64,000 bases of DNA from Eledone cirrhosa (lineage: Eukaryota). The notes beneath the pieces were generated by a model that was given only the letters and a program-made list of their open reading frames with translations, was not told where the DNA came from and ran no database searches. The DNA lies in assembly GCA_964016885.1 (NCBI GenBank), contig OZ024743.1:372124001-372188000 (forward strand). The letters run 5' to 3'. Both the position numbers and the translations under genes were made by a program. Shown in pieces: positions 26,765-47,655 of the stretch; position 1 is the stretch's first letter, and each line of letters starts with the position of its first letter.

Positions 26765-28110
26765 ATGATTGTTTCTTGTTTCTACTTTTGGCACAAGGCC
26801 AGCAATTACCCAGTGCATTACTGGTACTTTATTTTATCAACCCCGTAAGGATGAAAAGCAAAGTTAACCTCGGCGGGATTTGAACTCAGATGGAAAGGGC
26901 CGTAACTCTATGAGTCAAAGCATGGCGTCCAACCCTCTACCGATACTCCCAAATAATAATAATAATAATTGTTGTATCTCAAAAGCTCTCTCAAAATGTT
27001 TAGTTCAAATATTAAGTAAGGATATCAACTTGTATATTAAATATAACTAACAAATCAAAAAGCTAATGAACAGAACACAGACAAAAACAAATGCAACATC
27101 AAAAGAAAAACAAAATTCAAAATTTGTTAACGCAGCATCTCCTACCTCCCCCCTTGTTATGGCTACGAGCTTAGCATAGCTAAAATCAAAAACAGCAGCA
27201 ACTACAACACTAGTAACTGATGTTACTGACTAGCCTTGGAAAAAAAGAAAAAAAGCCCCAAAAGTCAGACATTCAAACATTACAATGACACCCACCCACC
27301 CCACCACCACCTCCACTACCTCTGCTATCACTGAAAAATGAAAACGATAATGATTTGTTGATGTTGATGGTGGTGATGCTGATAATAATGGTTATTTCTA
27401 CTTTTGGCACAGGGCCAGCGATTGCCCAAGTGAATTGCTGGTACTTTGTCTTGTCGACCCCGTAGAGGTGAGGAGCGGGGTTGACCTCGGCAGGATTTGT
27501 GCTCAGACCATAAATGGTAGATGTTGCTGATAATAATAATTGTTTTTACTTTTGGCACAGGGCCAGCAATTTCCCCAGTGTATTACTGGAGCTCAATTTT
27601 ATTTTATCGAACCCGTAAGATAATAATTGTTTCTACTTTTGGCACAAGGACAGCAATTACCCAGTGCATTACTGGTACTTTATTTTATCGACTCCGTAAG
27701 GATGAAAGGCAAAGTTAACCTCGGCAGGATTTGAACTCAGATCGTAAAGGGCCGTAACTCCATACTGCAAAACATGGCGTCCAACCCTTTACCGATACCG
27801 CCAATCCAGAGTCATAAGATAATAATAATTGTTTCTACTTTAGGCACAAGGCCAGCAATTACCCAGAACATTACTGGTACTTTATTTTATCGACCCCGTA
27901 AGGATGAAAGGCAAAGTTAACCTCAACGGGATTTGAACTCAAACCGTAAAGGGATGTGACTATGCTAGAAAGCATGGCGTCCAACCCTCTACCAATACTG
28001 CCAATTCACCATCATAAGATAATAATAATTGTTTCTACTTTTGGCACAAGGCCAGCAATTATTCCAGTGTATTACTGGTACTTTATTTTATCGACATAAG
28101 ATAATAATAA
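26765..28110 (-). mobile_element. Cluster of tRNA-derived SINE copies, head-to-tail from ~27390
   Basis: tttctacttttggcacaaggccagcaattacccagt..cattactggtactttattttatcgaccccgtaaggatg recurs at ~26780, 27395, 27545, 27630, 27830 and 28030, separated by (TAA)n. Confidence 0.85.
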
Positions 28111-28129
28111 GATTTATAAACAGGACTCA

Positions 28130-31100
28130 CATTAAGAAAACATTAAAAACAGCAGAAAAATAACGATAGATAAATGTCACATAAATTGTCCCGAAACAGT
28201 TTGAATAAGGTGAAAAGGAGGCTGGAACTTCATATGAAAGACTTTCACCCAGCAGCAGGGACCTGGCTGTCATCCAAATACTGCTGGTGTTGGAGGAAGA
28301 AGAAAGAATGGGGCAAGAACCAACTGGATAAAAGAATTGAATAGAACTATCATGAAATGTTACCTGAAGAGTGACCCCATGGGAAAAGGCTATAGGAAAT
28401 GGATGCATAAAATCTGGAATGAGGTTGGTCTATTTACATTAGGTGAACAAAAATTGGTGGGTCAGGCTTGTGTAATAAGAACTAATGGATGGATAAACGA
28501 GTTGGAACTGAGCAGAGAGATTGAGTTGGAAATGGAGGGTGAGGTATATCAGGCAAATGAGCCAGAAGGAAATGAGGGTGAAGAGGTTAAGAGGTTAAGC
28601 AACCAAAGCAGACAATCATCTGAATGCTGAAATAAATAACATCTGGAACAAAGATACGGCCATTGAGGAAATGAATGCTGACGGGCTAGGGCAAGATTTT
28701 GTTGCTATTCTGAACTTAGTGGTAGGTGAAATGAACAATGATAGTGGAAAGCCTATGAACCTAAGATTTGTAGACAGGAAAAAGTAAAAAAAAAACGACA
28801 GCTAAGGTAAACAAGGTCATCCCATACCTTGAGGTGAAGAACCTTCACCAATGCAACAACATCGTCAAAGCAACTGCAAATGTAGTGAAAAAATTACTTG
28901 GTATAAAAACGAGAGGAAAGAACAGAGCCTTGGTGGAAGAAACGACTGAAAGGTCAAATCAAGGAAATAAAAAGAGACATTGGAAAGTTTGAATCTTTAC
29001 TAAATGGGACATTACAAAACATAGACACTAGATAGATTGAAAATAAAATACAACACTTAAGAGAAATGAGCTAAATGTTATCATAGAGGAACTTAAGCAA
29101 CGCATTGTAGCAAAAAGCACAAAGATGAAGCGATATGAGAAAAGAGTCAGTATAGACAGAACCGCATGGTTGACAACAACCCGAAGATATTATTTGAACA
29201 GCTTGAAGGGAAAGAAAGAGGTAACGACGTGATGCCTGAAGCTGAACAGACTAAGGCATTTTGGAGAGGAATATGGGAGCAAGATGTTGAACATATTAGT
29301 CAGGCAGTGTGGATTGAGACAGTTAAAAAGGAGATTAGAGAACAAGCACACCAACAACCTGATTTGAGTATCACAGTTGAAACTCTTAAAAAGCAGGCAA
29401 AAAACTAACCAACTGGAAATCACCAGGCCCAGATAGTGTGCAAGGGTATTGGACAAAAAATATAATGTCCCTCCACACAAAACTGACAGCCATGTTCAAT
29501 GACTGCTTGGTATCAGGTGAAATACCAGACTGGTTGACAAAAGGTACCACAGTTCTGGTGATGAAAGATCGAATCAAGGGTAATGAGGTTACCAACTATA
29601 GGCCAATCACATATCTGTCCGTAATGTGGAAACTGCTAACAAGCAGTGTCTCAGAAGAAATCTATCACCTGCACATAAGCAACTTATTGCGGAAGGAACA
29701 GAAAGGATGTCGATAGAAGTCCTGTGGTACAAAAGACCAATTACTTATTGATAAGATGGTAATAAGGAACTACAAAAGGAGGCAACTGGTGTTGGCATGG
29801 GATGGCTAGATTACAAGAAGGCATTTGACATGGTTTCTCCTTCTTGGATAACCAACAGCCTAGATATCTTCAAGGTGGCAGACAACATCAGACAGCTATT
29901 AAGTAAAAGTATGAAGTCCTGGGAAACAGAGCTAACATCAGGTGGAGAATCCTTGGGAGGCGTGAAGATCAAGAGAGGTATCTTCCAGGGAGATAGTTTG
30001 GCCTTACCCTCGTACCCTTGTCCCTCATATTGCGAAAAGTGAAAGCAGGATACAAGCTGGGAAGAGGAGAGCTTACCATCAACCACCTCCTCTTCATGGA
30101 CGATCTAAAACTCTTTGGGAAAAGTGAGTAGGATTTGGATGTACTTGTTAACACTGTCCGTATTTTCAGCAATGATATATGTATGGAATTTGGTGTTAAT
30201 AAATGTGGAGTGCTAGTGATGAAGAGGGGTAAATTGAACAGAAGCAACAGAATCCAGGTACCAGCAGGTGAGATGATAAAGGAAATTGACACTGAAGAGT
30301 GTAGTAAATTCCCGAGCTGTGTCTATTATTAGGTACAGTGTGGGAATTCTGAAATAGAATGCTACTGAACAAAAAGAAATGGATAGAAAGACTAGGAAGC
30401 TAATGACTACCCTCAAAATCTTCCACAAGAGGAGTGATGTTGATAGACTGTACTTAAAGAGATCTGAAGGTGGAAGAGGTTTTATCAGTGTTTAGTTGGA
30501 GAAAAACAGTCTGCACAAATGTGTCTGAGAGTAGGGAGTCAATGCTCAAAGTTGTAGTGAAGAAGAAAATAGACCAGGGGATGTCCAAGGAGGAAATAAC
30601 AACAAAGAGGAAGAGCAACCTTCATGAAAAATCCCTTCATAGCACCTTCTTTAAGAAAACGGAATTCAGGGATCCACAGACATGGAATTGGTTAAAAAGA
30701 GGAGATCTTAAAAAAGCTACAGAAGGCTGCACAAGAACAAGCCCTCAGAACGAAGTGGGTGAAACACCATATTGAGAAGGAGGTGGCTAGGTCGCTGTGT
30801 AGGATCTGTGGACAGAGGAGACTGTGGCTCACATGGTATCCGAGTGTAAATTCCTAGCCCAGACTCATTATAAAGGCTGTAGGCATGATATAATAGGAAA
30901 GGTGATTCACTGGCATTTATGCAAACTAAACAATTTACCACATTCTGAGAAGTGGAATGAGCCTAAGCCAGAGTCAGTGATAGAAAACTATCAAGTGAAG
31001 GTGCTATGGGATTTCAGGATACAGACAGACAAGAAATTAGAACACAATAGGCCTGACCTGGTGGTTTTTCACAAGGAAAAAAGATTGTACCTGATTGTAG

Positions 31101-31165
31101 ATGTATCCTGCCCTTTTGACACAAGAATGCAAGAAAAGGAGGAGAAAATTAACCGATGCCAGGAT
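28130..31165 (+). mobile_element. Second family of Dong/R4-like REL LINE, decayed
   Basis: NYRPITYLS, EQKGC, WLDYKKAFD, GIFQGDSL, RHD, WDFRIQTD..NRPDLV motifs. Confidence 0.85.
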
Positions 31166-31727
31166 TTTATTTTTTCAAAACACGTTATTAAAATAAATTG
31201 GATTACTTTGACTAAATCATGAATGAATATTATGTAAGTTATCTACTAAATTTCTTAGCTCTTGATTAAATATAAATATTCTTATATATAATGTATTGCT
31301 TCAACACTTCTGTTAGTGCCCGTTATATATCATAACATTTATATTTCTGACACCAATCCCATTTTCTTCCTTTTCATTTTCATAACATTTCATCTTAATG
31401 CAGTTTATATATAATATCGCCTTTTTTAAATGTATCATGGATTACTTTACTGTTTACAGAAGAGAGTGTAACACAGTCTCTTTTCAATTCCTGTGCATAT
31501 TCTCAATTTACCTTTCATTTGATGTATCATATCTACATGTATCTATATTTTGTGTATAATATCAATATACACACTACACATGCTAACAGAAAACCTCCCA
31601 GGGGGTGGTTTTTCTGCTAGTATATATAATAGTACGGAAACGGAGTCATCGGATAGGACCAAAATATTTCCGATCGTTTTCCCAATCACTCAATGCTTTA
31701 ATTAAGCCAGTATTATTAAGATACCAA

Positions 31728-31920
31728 GGGGCGGTGGATTGGCAGTATCGGTAGAGGGTCGGACGCCATGCTTTCCAGCATAGTTACATCCCTTTGCGGT
31801 CTGAGTTCAAATCCCGCCGACGTTAACTTTGCCTTTCATCCTTACGGGGGTCGATAAAATAAAGTACCAGTAATGTACTGGGTAATTGATGGCCTTGTGC
31901 CAAAAGTAGAAACAATTATT
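31728..31920 (+). mobile_element. Full-length tRNA-derived SINE (Nin-domain-like body); further copies at ~16145, 32020-32240, 42645, 51860-52200, 52445, 61085, 61690
   Basis: A-box TGGCAGTATCGG and B-box GAGTTCAAATCC, body ctttgcctttcatccttacggggtcgataaaataaagtaccag, (ATT)n tail. Confidence 0.85.
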
Positions 31921-32249
31921 AAGATACCAATCAAAAGGAAAGCAGAGTGCACACTAACACGTTAAATAGTGAGAAAAATGATTTTGTGTGGGTATACTAT
32001 ATTGAGCAGTCATAATAATAATTGTTTCTACTTTTGGCACAAGGCCAACAATTATCTCAGTGCATTACTGGTACTTTATTTTATCGACCCCGTAAGGATG
32101 AAAGGTAAAGTTAATTTTGGCAGGATTTGAACTCAGACCATATTTGAACTCAGTCATAATCATAATAATTGTTTCTACTTTTGGCACAAGGCCAGTAATT
32201 ACCCAGTGTATTACTGGTACTTTATTTTATCGACCCCGATACTGCCAAT

Positions 32250-34800
32250 AATAATAAAATCTAACATGAAGGAGTAGAATTGAATGAGCTAATCATTGGA
32301 AATGATGTAAGATCCAGGAAAGGAAGAAAGCTAAAGAGAAAAAATTGGACTTTCATCTAGAACAGTAATAATAAAAACAAAGGAAATGCTGAAACAAAAA
32401 GTCCAAGTAAAAGCCCAAATGTAGATGCGAGATGCAAAACAACTTCTACAGGCAAAATAAGTTGTTCACATCCAATGCAAAATCATTCTATAGAGAAATA
32501 GGGAAGGAGAAAATAATTATTGAAGCCCCTCCTTCTATGGAAGAAGTTGAAAACTTTTGGAGAATGATTTGGAGTGATGAGAACTTATATAATGCTAATG
32601 TAGATTGAATTAGTCGCTTGGAAAAATCCTACACAAATTTACAAGAAGACATGGGAAGACATCTTTATAGCAGATTTAAAGATGGCACTCAATAAAGCTC
32701 GTAAGTGGAAATCTCCTGGTAGAGACAGGGTGCCAAATGTCTGGCTTTCCTCACTCCCGTGCACACACAGAATATTAGTCAAGCTGTTCAACAAAATTAT
32801 GAAAGATCAAAAGAAAAAAGCACACATGACTGGATAGCAAGTGGCATTACTTACCTTCTTCCAAAGAACAATGACACTATATATAAAAAAAACTATCGGC
32901 CCATACCCTGCTTGTCCATCACTTATAAAATATTAACCTTTATTCTCATGGAGAAAGGATGTGTTTATGGAGGAAAACAATCTTTTCCCCATTGAACAAT
33001 AAGGGTGCCGGCGAGGTTCATATGGTTGTAAAGATCAACACTTGATTAATCGTATGATCCTTGAGAATTGTCATAATAAGCGCAGAAATCTCAGTTCCGC
33101 ATCGATCAATTATAAAAAAGTTTTTGACAGAATACCTCACTCATGGATTCTGAAATCACTGGACATCTTCAAAATCTCACCTGTGATCTCAAACTTCCTG
33201 AAACACAATATGTCATTATGGAACACAAATCTCCACTTATTTCATTCCAATGGACTACTAAGTTCTAAGAATATAAAAATCAACTGTGACATTTTCCAAG
33301 GCGACTCTTAATCTATTGCATAGCTTTAATACCCCATACAACGGAACATAATAGAACAGGGTATGGTTACAAAATTGACAACAAGAAAATACGCCACATA
33401 ACTAAAGCTATATAGCAAAGACAATGACGAGCTTGAAGGCCTTTTGTGGACTATAAAAACATTTAGTGATGACATCAGGATGGAGTTTGGACTTGATAAG
33501 TGTGTCAAGGTCACTTTCAAGAAAGAGAAGCTTATCAATTCAAACTCAGTTGAATTAGATGCTGAAACAATCATAAAGGAACTTGAGCAGGAACAAACCT
33601 ATAAATACTGAGGGATTAATGAGGGCTCTGGTATTCAGCATACAAGTATGAAAGAGAAGATAAGGAAAGAATGTTACAGGAGAGTACATGCAGTTCTGAG
33701 ATCAGAACTAAATGCTCGTAACAAGCTGTTAGCCATAAATTCCTTGGCAATCCCAGTTGTCACTTATAGCTTTGGTGTGTTGAACTGGAATATGAGTGAA
33801 ATTAAAAGAATCGACACCAAAATCCGTAAGTTATTGACTTGTAATAAGATGCACCACCTGAAGGCAAATGTGGATCGTCTTTACCTTCCTACAACTCAAG
33901 AAGGGCGTGGTCTGATCCAATTTTAACTTACCTACAAGACCACCATCATTGGACTGGCCAAATACCTTGAAGGAGAGCAAAAAATATGCTACTGCTTTGA
34001 AGGAGAGCAAAAAATATGCTACTGATCTCATGTTTGATATCCAGGTTGGACAGACCGAGGTAACTGTAACGACTGTTGCTGCTAAGAATTTAAAATTAAT
34101 GGCAAAAACAATTAGCATCAAAGTGGGAGCAGAAAACTCTGCATGGCAAATATGTGGCCCGTAGCAAACAAGCTGATGTTGACGAAAAGCACACCCATCA
34201 GTGGCTACATAGCTCAGGGCAAAAAGCAGAGAGTGAAGGCTTCATCCTAGCTGCCCCAAATCAAAACTTATTGATACAAAACTACCAAGCCAGTGTGATG
34301 AGAAATGGAGTAAATCCAAAGTGCCAATTCTGCAATGATGAGATTGAAACAGTGGACCACTTAATCTCATGATATAAAGTTTTAGTACCAGTAGACAGAG
34401 TTGGCCAATATCTAAACTGGGTAATATGTCGGCATTATAAAATCAAAACTGCTGAGAAATGGTACAATCATCACCTTGAGGCTGTAACTGAAGGAGAAAA
34501 TGTAACAATTCTTTGGGACTTTCCTGTACATACTGATAGACCAGATATTATTGTAAAACCAACATAACAAAGTTTGTTTATTAATTGATATAAGCAAGAA
34601 TTTGACAAGCTAAGAAAATATAATGATTTGCTCATTGAAATTGAAGAAATGTGGCACCTCATGGCTGGGATTGATAAAAAAAGGAACAGAACAGTATTTG
34701 AGAATGATCCCTGGTTTACCATCTCTGCAAGAGGTGCAAAACATTCTTTTGACTGGTACTGCACACATATTGAGAAGAGGACTATCTCTGTGAGAATGAT
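32250..34800 (+). mobile_element. Dong/R4-like LINE, same family as 19660-22760
   Basis: Near-identical translated blocks (DRIPHSWILKSLDIFKISPVIS, PVVTYSFGVLNWNMSEIKRID). Confidence 0.85.
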
Positions 34801-35599
34801 AGCCCTCCATGTATGCATGGATGAATGTGTATGTGTGTGTGTGCATGGATATCTTTTATTTATATGTATGTATATGTATATATATATGTATAGCTAAATG
34901 CTATTTTGACAGCTTGTTTTAAACTTCATGTGTTCCTTGTCTTTTTTCAACACACCTCTGACACTTCTGTTGATTTGGAGGAAGAGAGTCTGTTTTCTTT
35001 TTGACATTGGCAAGCCATCTGCCATACATCAAAACCCCATATACAACTCATTAATACACACACCCATTTTCTAGCTAGGACAGTTGAATCAACATGTACC
35101 TGAGCCATGGAAGTTACAACCAACATCTCTCCACCCTGCCTGTTGGCAGGACCACTAGAAATAGCAGCCAGCCACTTCTGTAAGGCAAGTTAACTTGTAT
35201 CACTGCACACATGCATTTATCCTACCCAAACATATCTCACACACATTCCTCGTGCAACACAAATTCTTTCCTCATTGTTTGTCATTCATATCTTTTGGCT
35301 ATAACAAAATGTTAATTAATGTGTTTCCATAGCGAAATACTTCACAATGAATACATATAAAAGTAACGGGTGTTTTCATTCTTCTTCTATAAACCTAATA
35401 ATATGATCAGGGAAATCACTTTCCCCACGGATATTACAATCGCTTTCCAACAGATATACACATTGGTTACCTATCACAATTATCTACAACCAATACACAT
35501 CATTATTCACTCTTCTACTACAGTGAGAACTACCACACACAAACATACCATTATATAAGCAGTTGACTTAGTGGGTTTAACATTTCAGTTTTTGACAAA

Positions 35600-36637
35600 A
35601 ATTTCCTTGCATGAAAATCTAATCCTCCTCTTTATTTTTCAGGTAAATAGCGAACTGATTAGAGAACAGAAAGTCATGGAACAACAGAATCGTTCTGCCA
35701 TGTTGTTTCGGCATGCACTGGGCACACAATCAAAAAATTTGTTAGGTTGATGAAACTTCCAAAAACAACAGTTTAACGCGTGTATAAACAATTTAAAGAA
35801 GAGGAAAAGAACACAAGACTTGAAGTGATTCCAAGCGCAGTCCAATGTTTCTCGTTGGCCTCAAACGCTCAATTGAAGCCAATCCATCAACATCAATGAC
35901 AACTCTTGTAAAGAAACACAATGTGTCATCAAGCATCAAGGTGCAGGAAAAACTCTCTGTTTGTGGACGCTGAGGTGAAACGCAGAAATTCTCAAGTGAT
36001 TGCATACAACCCTTCTGACGTCCCCACTGAGACTAAGAATCCTGTCTCTGTGATGGTATTTGGAACCATGGCGAGTGGTGGAACTGTTATGGATCGACAC
36101 TTTATTGAGTCTGGCTTGAAGATTGGCACAAAGGAGTATCTGGACATCTTGAAGAACTCTCTGTTACTTTGGATGGAGCAGAAGTTTGGGCTTGACAATG
36201 TGGTAATTATCCAGTATTCTGCACCATGCCAAGGGCCAAAAGCAACACAGGCCTTCCTTGGTGAGAAGGTGCCGTTTTTTTGTGAGGGCCAGCCAACATC
36301 TGGCCCAGTAATAGCGCAGATCTCAATCTACTCAATTACTTTATATGGGCGTACTTCAATCAAGGAGTAATGCTTCACCAGACTCGAATATTAACAGTTT
36401 GAAGACCTGCATCGTGCGTGCAACATACAAAATAAAAAAAGCGGAGGTTGTGGCAGCTGCAAAAAAATTTTGTTCTCATGTGGAAGCAGTAATTGCCCAA
36501 AAGGGCGGCTATATTGAGTGATAAATGATTTTGTTGTAATAAATGTTACATTAAAATTATGTCTACTACCATTGTTTTAGTATTTATAACCAGTTTTATG
36601 CATCATAAAAATTGTCTCAATTTCTCTGCCAGACCTG
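35600..36637 (+). mobile_element. Tc1/mariner (maT/DD37D-like) DNA transposon relic
   Basis: ORF 35921..36370 SVMVFG..FIESGLKI...YLDIL...Q.SAP, then a frameshifted WPSNSADLN motif; probable right TIR ends ...agacctg|TA at 36637; left TIR not found. Confidence 0.75.
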
Positions 36638-36779
36638 TATATATATATGTGTATGTATGTATATTTATGTGTGTGAGGATGAGTATGTATATGTATGTTT
36701 ATATATGTGTATATAAATGTGTGTGTGTGTGTGTGTGCTTGTGTCTGTATGTAAATATATATGTGTGTAACATGTATCC

Positions 36780-37520
36780 CAGTACAACCTGTCTCATGGC
36801 CGAGTCGTTGGCGACTAAACTGGCAACCCCACCAAGGTTTCTTGGTGAGGAGGGTGACTTTGGACATCCTGCAGGACTAAAAACAAAACCTGTCAAAGGG
36901 CAAAGGAGCTCTTAAGAGTCAATGGCCATCCAAAATTACCGGGAGAGATGACCCCTTAGCCTTTTTCAAGGCAGAATTCTAGGAGAAGGAAAACTCTGAT
37001 ATAACACCTGCAACCCTCATGGTATCCAATGATGTTGACTTGTTCTTCTTTTTGGTAAATATCATCTTGGTTAAGAGAGTGGGACTGGCTTTGTGCAGTG
37101 CCTTTGCTCACTATAAAAGCTTCACGGCACAGGCATTGCTTTATATCTGGAGATCTCTCTGCACTTGTCATCACAGGGTACAATGGGCCCAGCACTATGT
37201 GTCAGTAATTGTCACAAGTGTAGTGTTTGTACCAGAGTTTTCAAGTCGCTGGCTGGACTAAAAAGTCACACTCGTTCAGCGTATCAGTAGGGGTTCTCCT
37301 ACATGGATATGAAGTAGTGGCCGTACTCGAAAACAAGTTGGCAGCCATCATGTGTGTATGTATATGTGTATGTATATATACTGTTTGTCTTTTATCTCTT
37401 ACTCAGTTGGACAGCGTTTGGCTTATGTCAGACACTGTGACCCCGGATGGAGCAGTAGTACCATTGCTAGGGGTCGAAACTGCCTAAGTCCATCTCAACG
37501 GCCGATGACCATGGAGTTCT
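36780..37520 (+). mobile_element. Short non-autonomous LINE-derived fragment (probable RTE-type 5' UTR joined to a 3' end)
   Basis: GC-richer island between microsatellites; ctggactaaaaagtcac resembles the caggattgaaaagccat end of the RTE at ~26220. Family call is tentative. Confidence 0.4.
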
Positions 37521-37856
37521 TTGTCTTTTGTACGTATATTTATTTTAAAAAAATAATTTTTCGTTTTATTTCCATTCGTTGTTTTATCCTCTTTTGTTAA
37601 TTTTCTTAAGTTTATTTACTAATGTGACGAACGTATTTTTCTCTTCTCCCCCCATTATTGTAATGGCTTATATATATATTAGAGAGAGTAAGAGCCTGAT
37701 GGCTGAGCTTTTGCTTTCGACAGCTGCATTAGCTGTCGAAAGAGCAAGAGCTCAACCATCAGGCTCTGACTCTCTCTAATATAGTCCAACTCTACTACCC
37801 CAAGTATCTAGTACTCTGCTGAACAATGGTCTAACTAGTATACTGGTTTAATCCTG

Positions 37857-37898
<42 letters not shown>

Positions 37899-38100
37899 AA
37901 GTAATTCCGTCGGAAGGGTCCAGGAAAAAAGAGTGCTTTATGTAGGTTACAGAGCTTAATAGTTATGTAATAAAGAACATAAGATAATTATTTCATTTAC
38001 CAGTGGTTTCTTGAAAGCAAACAAATCTGCTTTCAGTCATCAGAATGAAAAAATCCTGGTGTTTTTATTGAATGTGGATTTGAAAACAAAAATATAAGAA

Positions 38101-39818
38101 ATGAAAGTAACAGAAAGAGTTATAGCACAGTTGATTAGGGACCGGGTGAAACTAGATGAGATGCAATCTGGGTTTGTACCAGGAGGAGGCACCACTGATG
38201 CCCTCTTCCTTGTGAGGCAGTTACAGGAAAAGTACCTAGCTAAAAGTAAGGCATTCGTCTATTTCGAGAAAGCCTTTGACAGAGTTCCATGTGCCTGGTG
38301 GGCTCTTAGAAAACTAGGAGTAGATGAATGGCTTATGAAAGCTGTACAAGCCATGTATAGGGGAGCAGTCAGCAAAGTTAGGATTAGCAATGAGTATAGC
38401 GAGGAATTTAGCGTACAGGTTGGTGTCCACCAGGGCTCTGTTCGTAGCCCTCTCCTGTTCATCATAGTCCTGCAGGCAATAATGGAGGAGTTTAAGACCG
38501 GATGCCCATGGGAACTCCTGTATGCAGATGACCTCGCACTTATAGCTGAATCTATGGTACAACTGGAGAAGAAATTCCAAACTTGGAAGCAGGGACTAGA
38601 AAGAAAGGGTCTCAAAGTCAACCTGACAAAGTCTAAGGTCCTTGTAAGTAGACTAGAAAACAGAACCCAGATCCCCTCAGGGAAATGGCCTTGCTCAGTA
38701 TGTAGGAAAGGTGTAGGTAGGAACTCCATTCTCTGCCCCAAATACAAACAATGGGTACATTCAGGAAGATTAATTAAGAATGTAGGCTTCACATGTAGCA
38801 GCTATGCTGGGACTGCAAGCATCAAACAGCCACAGGAAACAAGTACCACCAATCTCTGGGAGGGCTCTGTAGAAACAGTAGACAGCTTCTGCTACCTAGG
38901 TGACCGAATTAGCAGCGGAGGTGGGTGTTCAGAAAGTACAATAACTAGGGTAAGAACGGGATGGAACTACTGCCACTGCTAGCTGCAAAAGGCTTCTCCC
39001 TCAAAATGAAAGGCAGACTGTATGATGCGTGTATACGAACAGCAATGTTACATGGTAGTGAGACCTGAGCGCTGAAGGTGGAAGACTTACGTAGATTAGA
39101 AAGAAACGAAGCCTGCATGCTCCGATGGATGTGTAATAGTAATATATGCGAACAGCAAAGCATAAATGAATTGAGAGAGAGACTGAGCATGAGAGGAATC
39201 AAATGCTGTGTGCAGGAGAAGCGGTTGTGTTGGTATGGACATGTGATGCGTATGAAGGATGACAGCTGCATAAAAAGGTGCAGAGCACTAGAAGTCAATG
39301 GTAACCGCGGAGTGGGGAGACCCAAGAAGACCTGGGATGAGGTGATAAAAGCCGACCCTACCCAATTACACCTCTCAAAGGCGATGACACGAGCGTGACC
39401 TCTGGCGTCACGCAGTAATACAGAGAACCCGACCTCCCATGGGTACAAGCTGAAGCATATAGACAATATACCCCCTCACCCTCCCACCTCAAAGTGGTCG
39501 TGGAGGTGCCACGGCAAAAAAGCACCCAACCCACACTGTAAAGTGGACGTGTAGGCGCCACGGAAAAAAAGCACCCAGCCCACACTGTAAAGTGGACGTG
39601 TAGGCGCCACGGAAAAAAAGCACCCAGCACTCACTGTAAATGAGGTTGGTGTTAGGAAGGGCATCCAGCTGTAGAAATCAAGCCAAAATCAGTTCCTGTA
39701 TGAGCAAGGCATGGTCAGCCGACCAGACACTGCCCACAACAGGACAACCCGTCTAACCCATGCTAGCATGGAAGAACGGACGTAAAACGGTGATGATGAT
39801 AATGATGATGATGAAAGT
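38101..39818 (+). mobile_element. 5'-truncated RTE-like LINE with 8-bp target-site duplication
   Basis: ORF 38101..38982 (GFVPGGGTTDALF, VGVHQGS, LLYADDL); ~50-bp tandem repeats at 39500-39660; (GAT)n tail; atgaaagt at 38101-38108 and 39811-39818; empty site in the inverted copy at ~50910. Confidence 0.9.
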
Positions 39819-39940
39819 GAGGCTGAGGGAAGAAGAAAGATTATAAATATATAAGTATATAAACACACCCACACACATATGCACATATATATATATATAT
39901 AAATATACATACACATACACATAAATACACAAACACATGT

Positions 39941-42141
<2,201 letters not shown>

Positions 42142-42408
42142 ATTATAAGTAAAAATAAATAAACAAACATATACACACTCGACCCTGCACATATACTAAA
42201 ATAAGCAGTCACATCAACTGGCAAAGATAAATCCATATACATGAAATCAAAATAATAAATAAATAAAAGTAAAAAATAAAGTCAAATATAAAAATAAAAA
42301 AATAAAAAATTAGCAAGTTGACAGCGATACGAAAGAGGAAAAAAACACAAATATAAATAAATAAACAAACACACCTGGTATGCAAATGCACAAAACAAAA
42401 TAAAATAA

Positions 42409-42439
<31 letters not shown>

Positions 42440-42884
42440 CGATATTAACAAATGGAAACTATATTTATAAAACCATATTTATATTATTATACATATTTCA
42501 AGGACACCACGTTAAATTATGGTATGCTTTCATCAGACAAAATACAATATAAAAAAATATACATACATACACACATACGCATATGTACACGTACATACGC
42601 ACGCACATACACACATACACACACACATATATATATATATAGTAATTGTTTCTACTATTTGGCACAAGACCAGCAATAACGCAGTACATTACTGGTACTT
42701 TATTTTATCGACCCCGTAAGGATGAAAGGCAAAGTTAACGTCGGCGGGATTTGAACTCAGATCCCGCCGAGGTTAACTTTGCCTATATATATATAGTAAT
42801 AATAATAAATTTGAAGACTAAAATATAAAGAGGGCTCGATAAGGATAAATATATATCAAATATATAAGAACGTAGAGCAAATAT

Positions 42885-44874
<1,990 letters not shown>

Positions 44875-45077
44875 TAAACGGAAAAGAAAATGCTGACAAA
44901 TTGTTCCCGGTGAAAAATAGTTTAATTAGGAATAAGTAAAAATTAGTAATAGTATTGGTTACTATTCAGTTTTGGTTTTAAGTTTTACCGGTTGCGCATT
45001 TCTAATGCTTTTCAAAAATAATTTTGAGATAGAGCGCCCGTGATGTTTGCTCTAATCTGTATATATACATATATAAA

Positions 45078-47620
<2,543 letters not shown>

Positions 47621-47623
47621 TTT

Positions 47624-47655
<32 letters not shown>

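Noticed and set aside
31728-31820. tRNA gene
   Set aside because: A and B boxes belong to a SINE head; no cloverleaf, and the body is repeated many times in the window.
37425-37495. gacccc...ggggtc-GAAAC...GTC hammerhead-like fold
   Set aside because: Stems II and III are plausible but the CUGANGA core is not intact; at most a relic.
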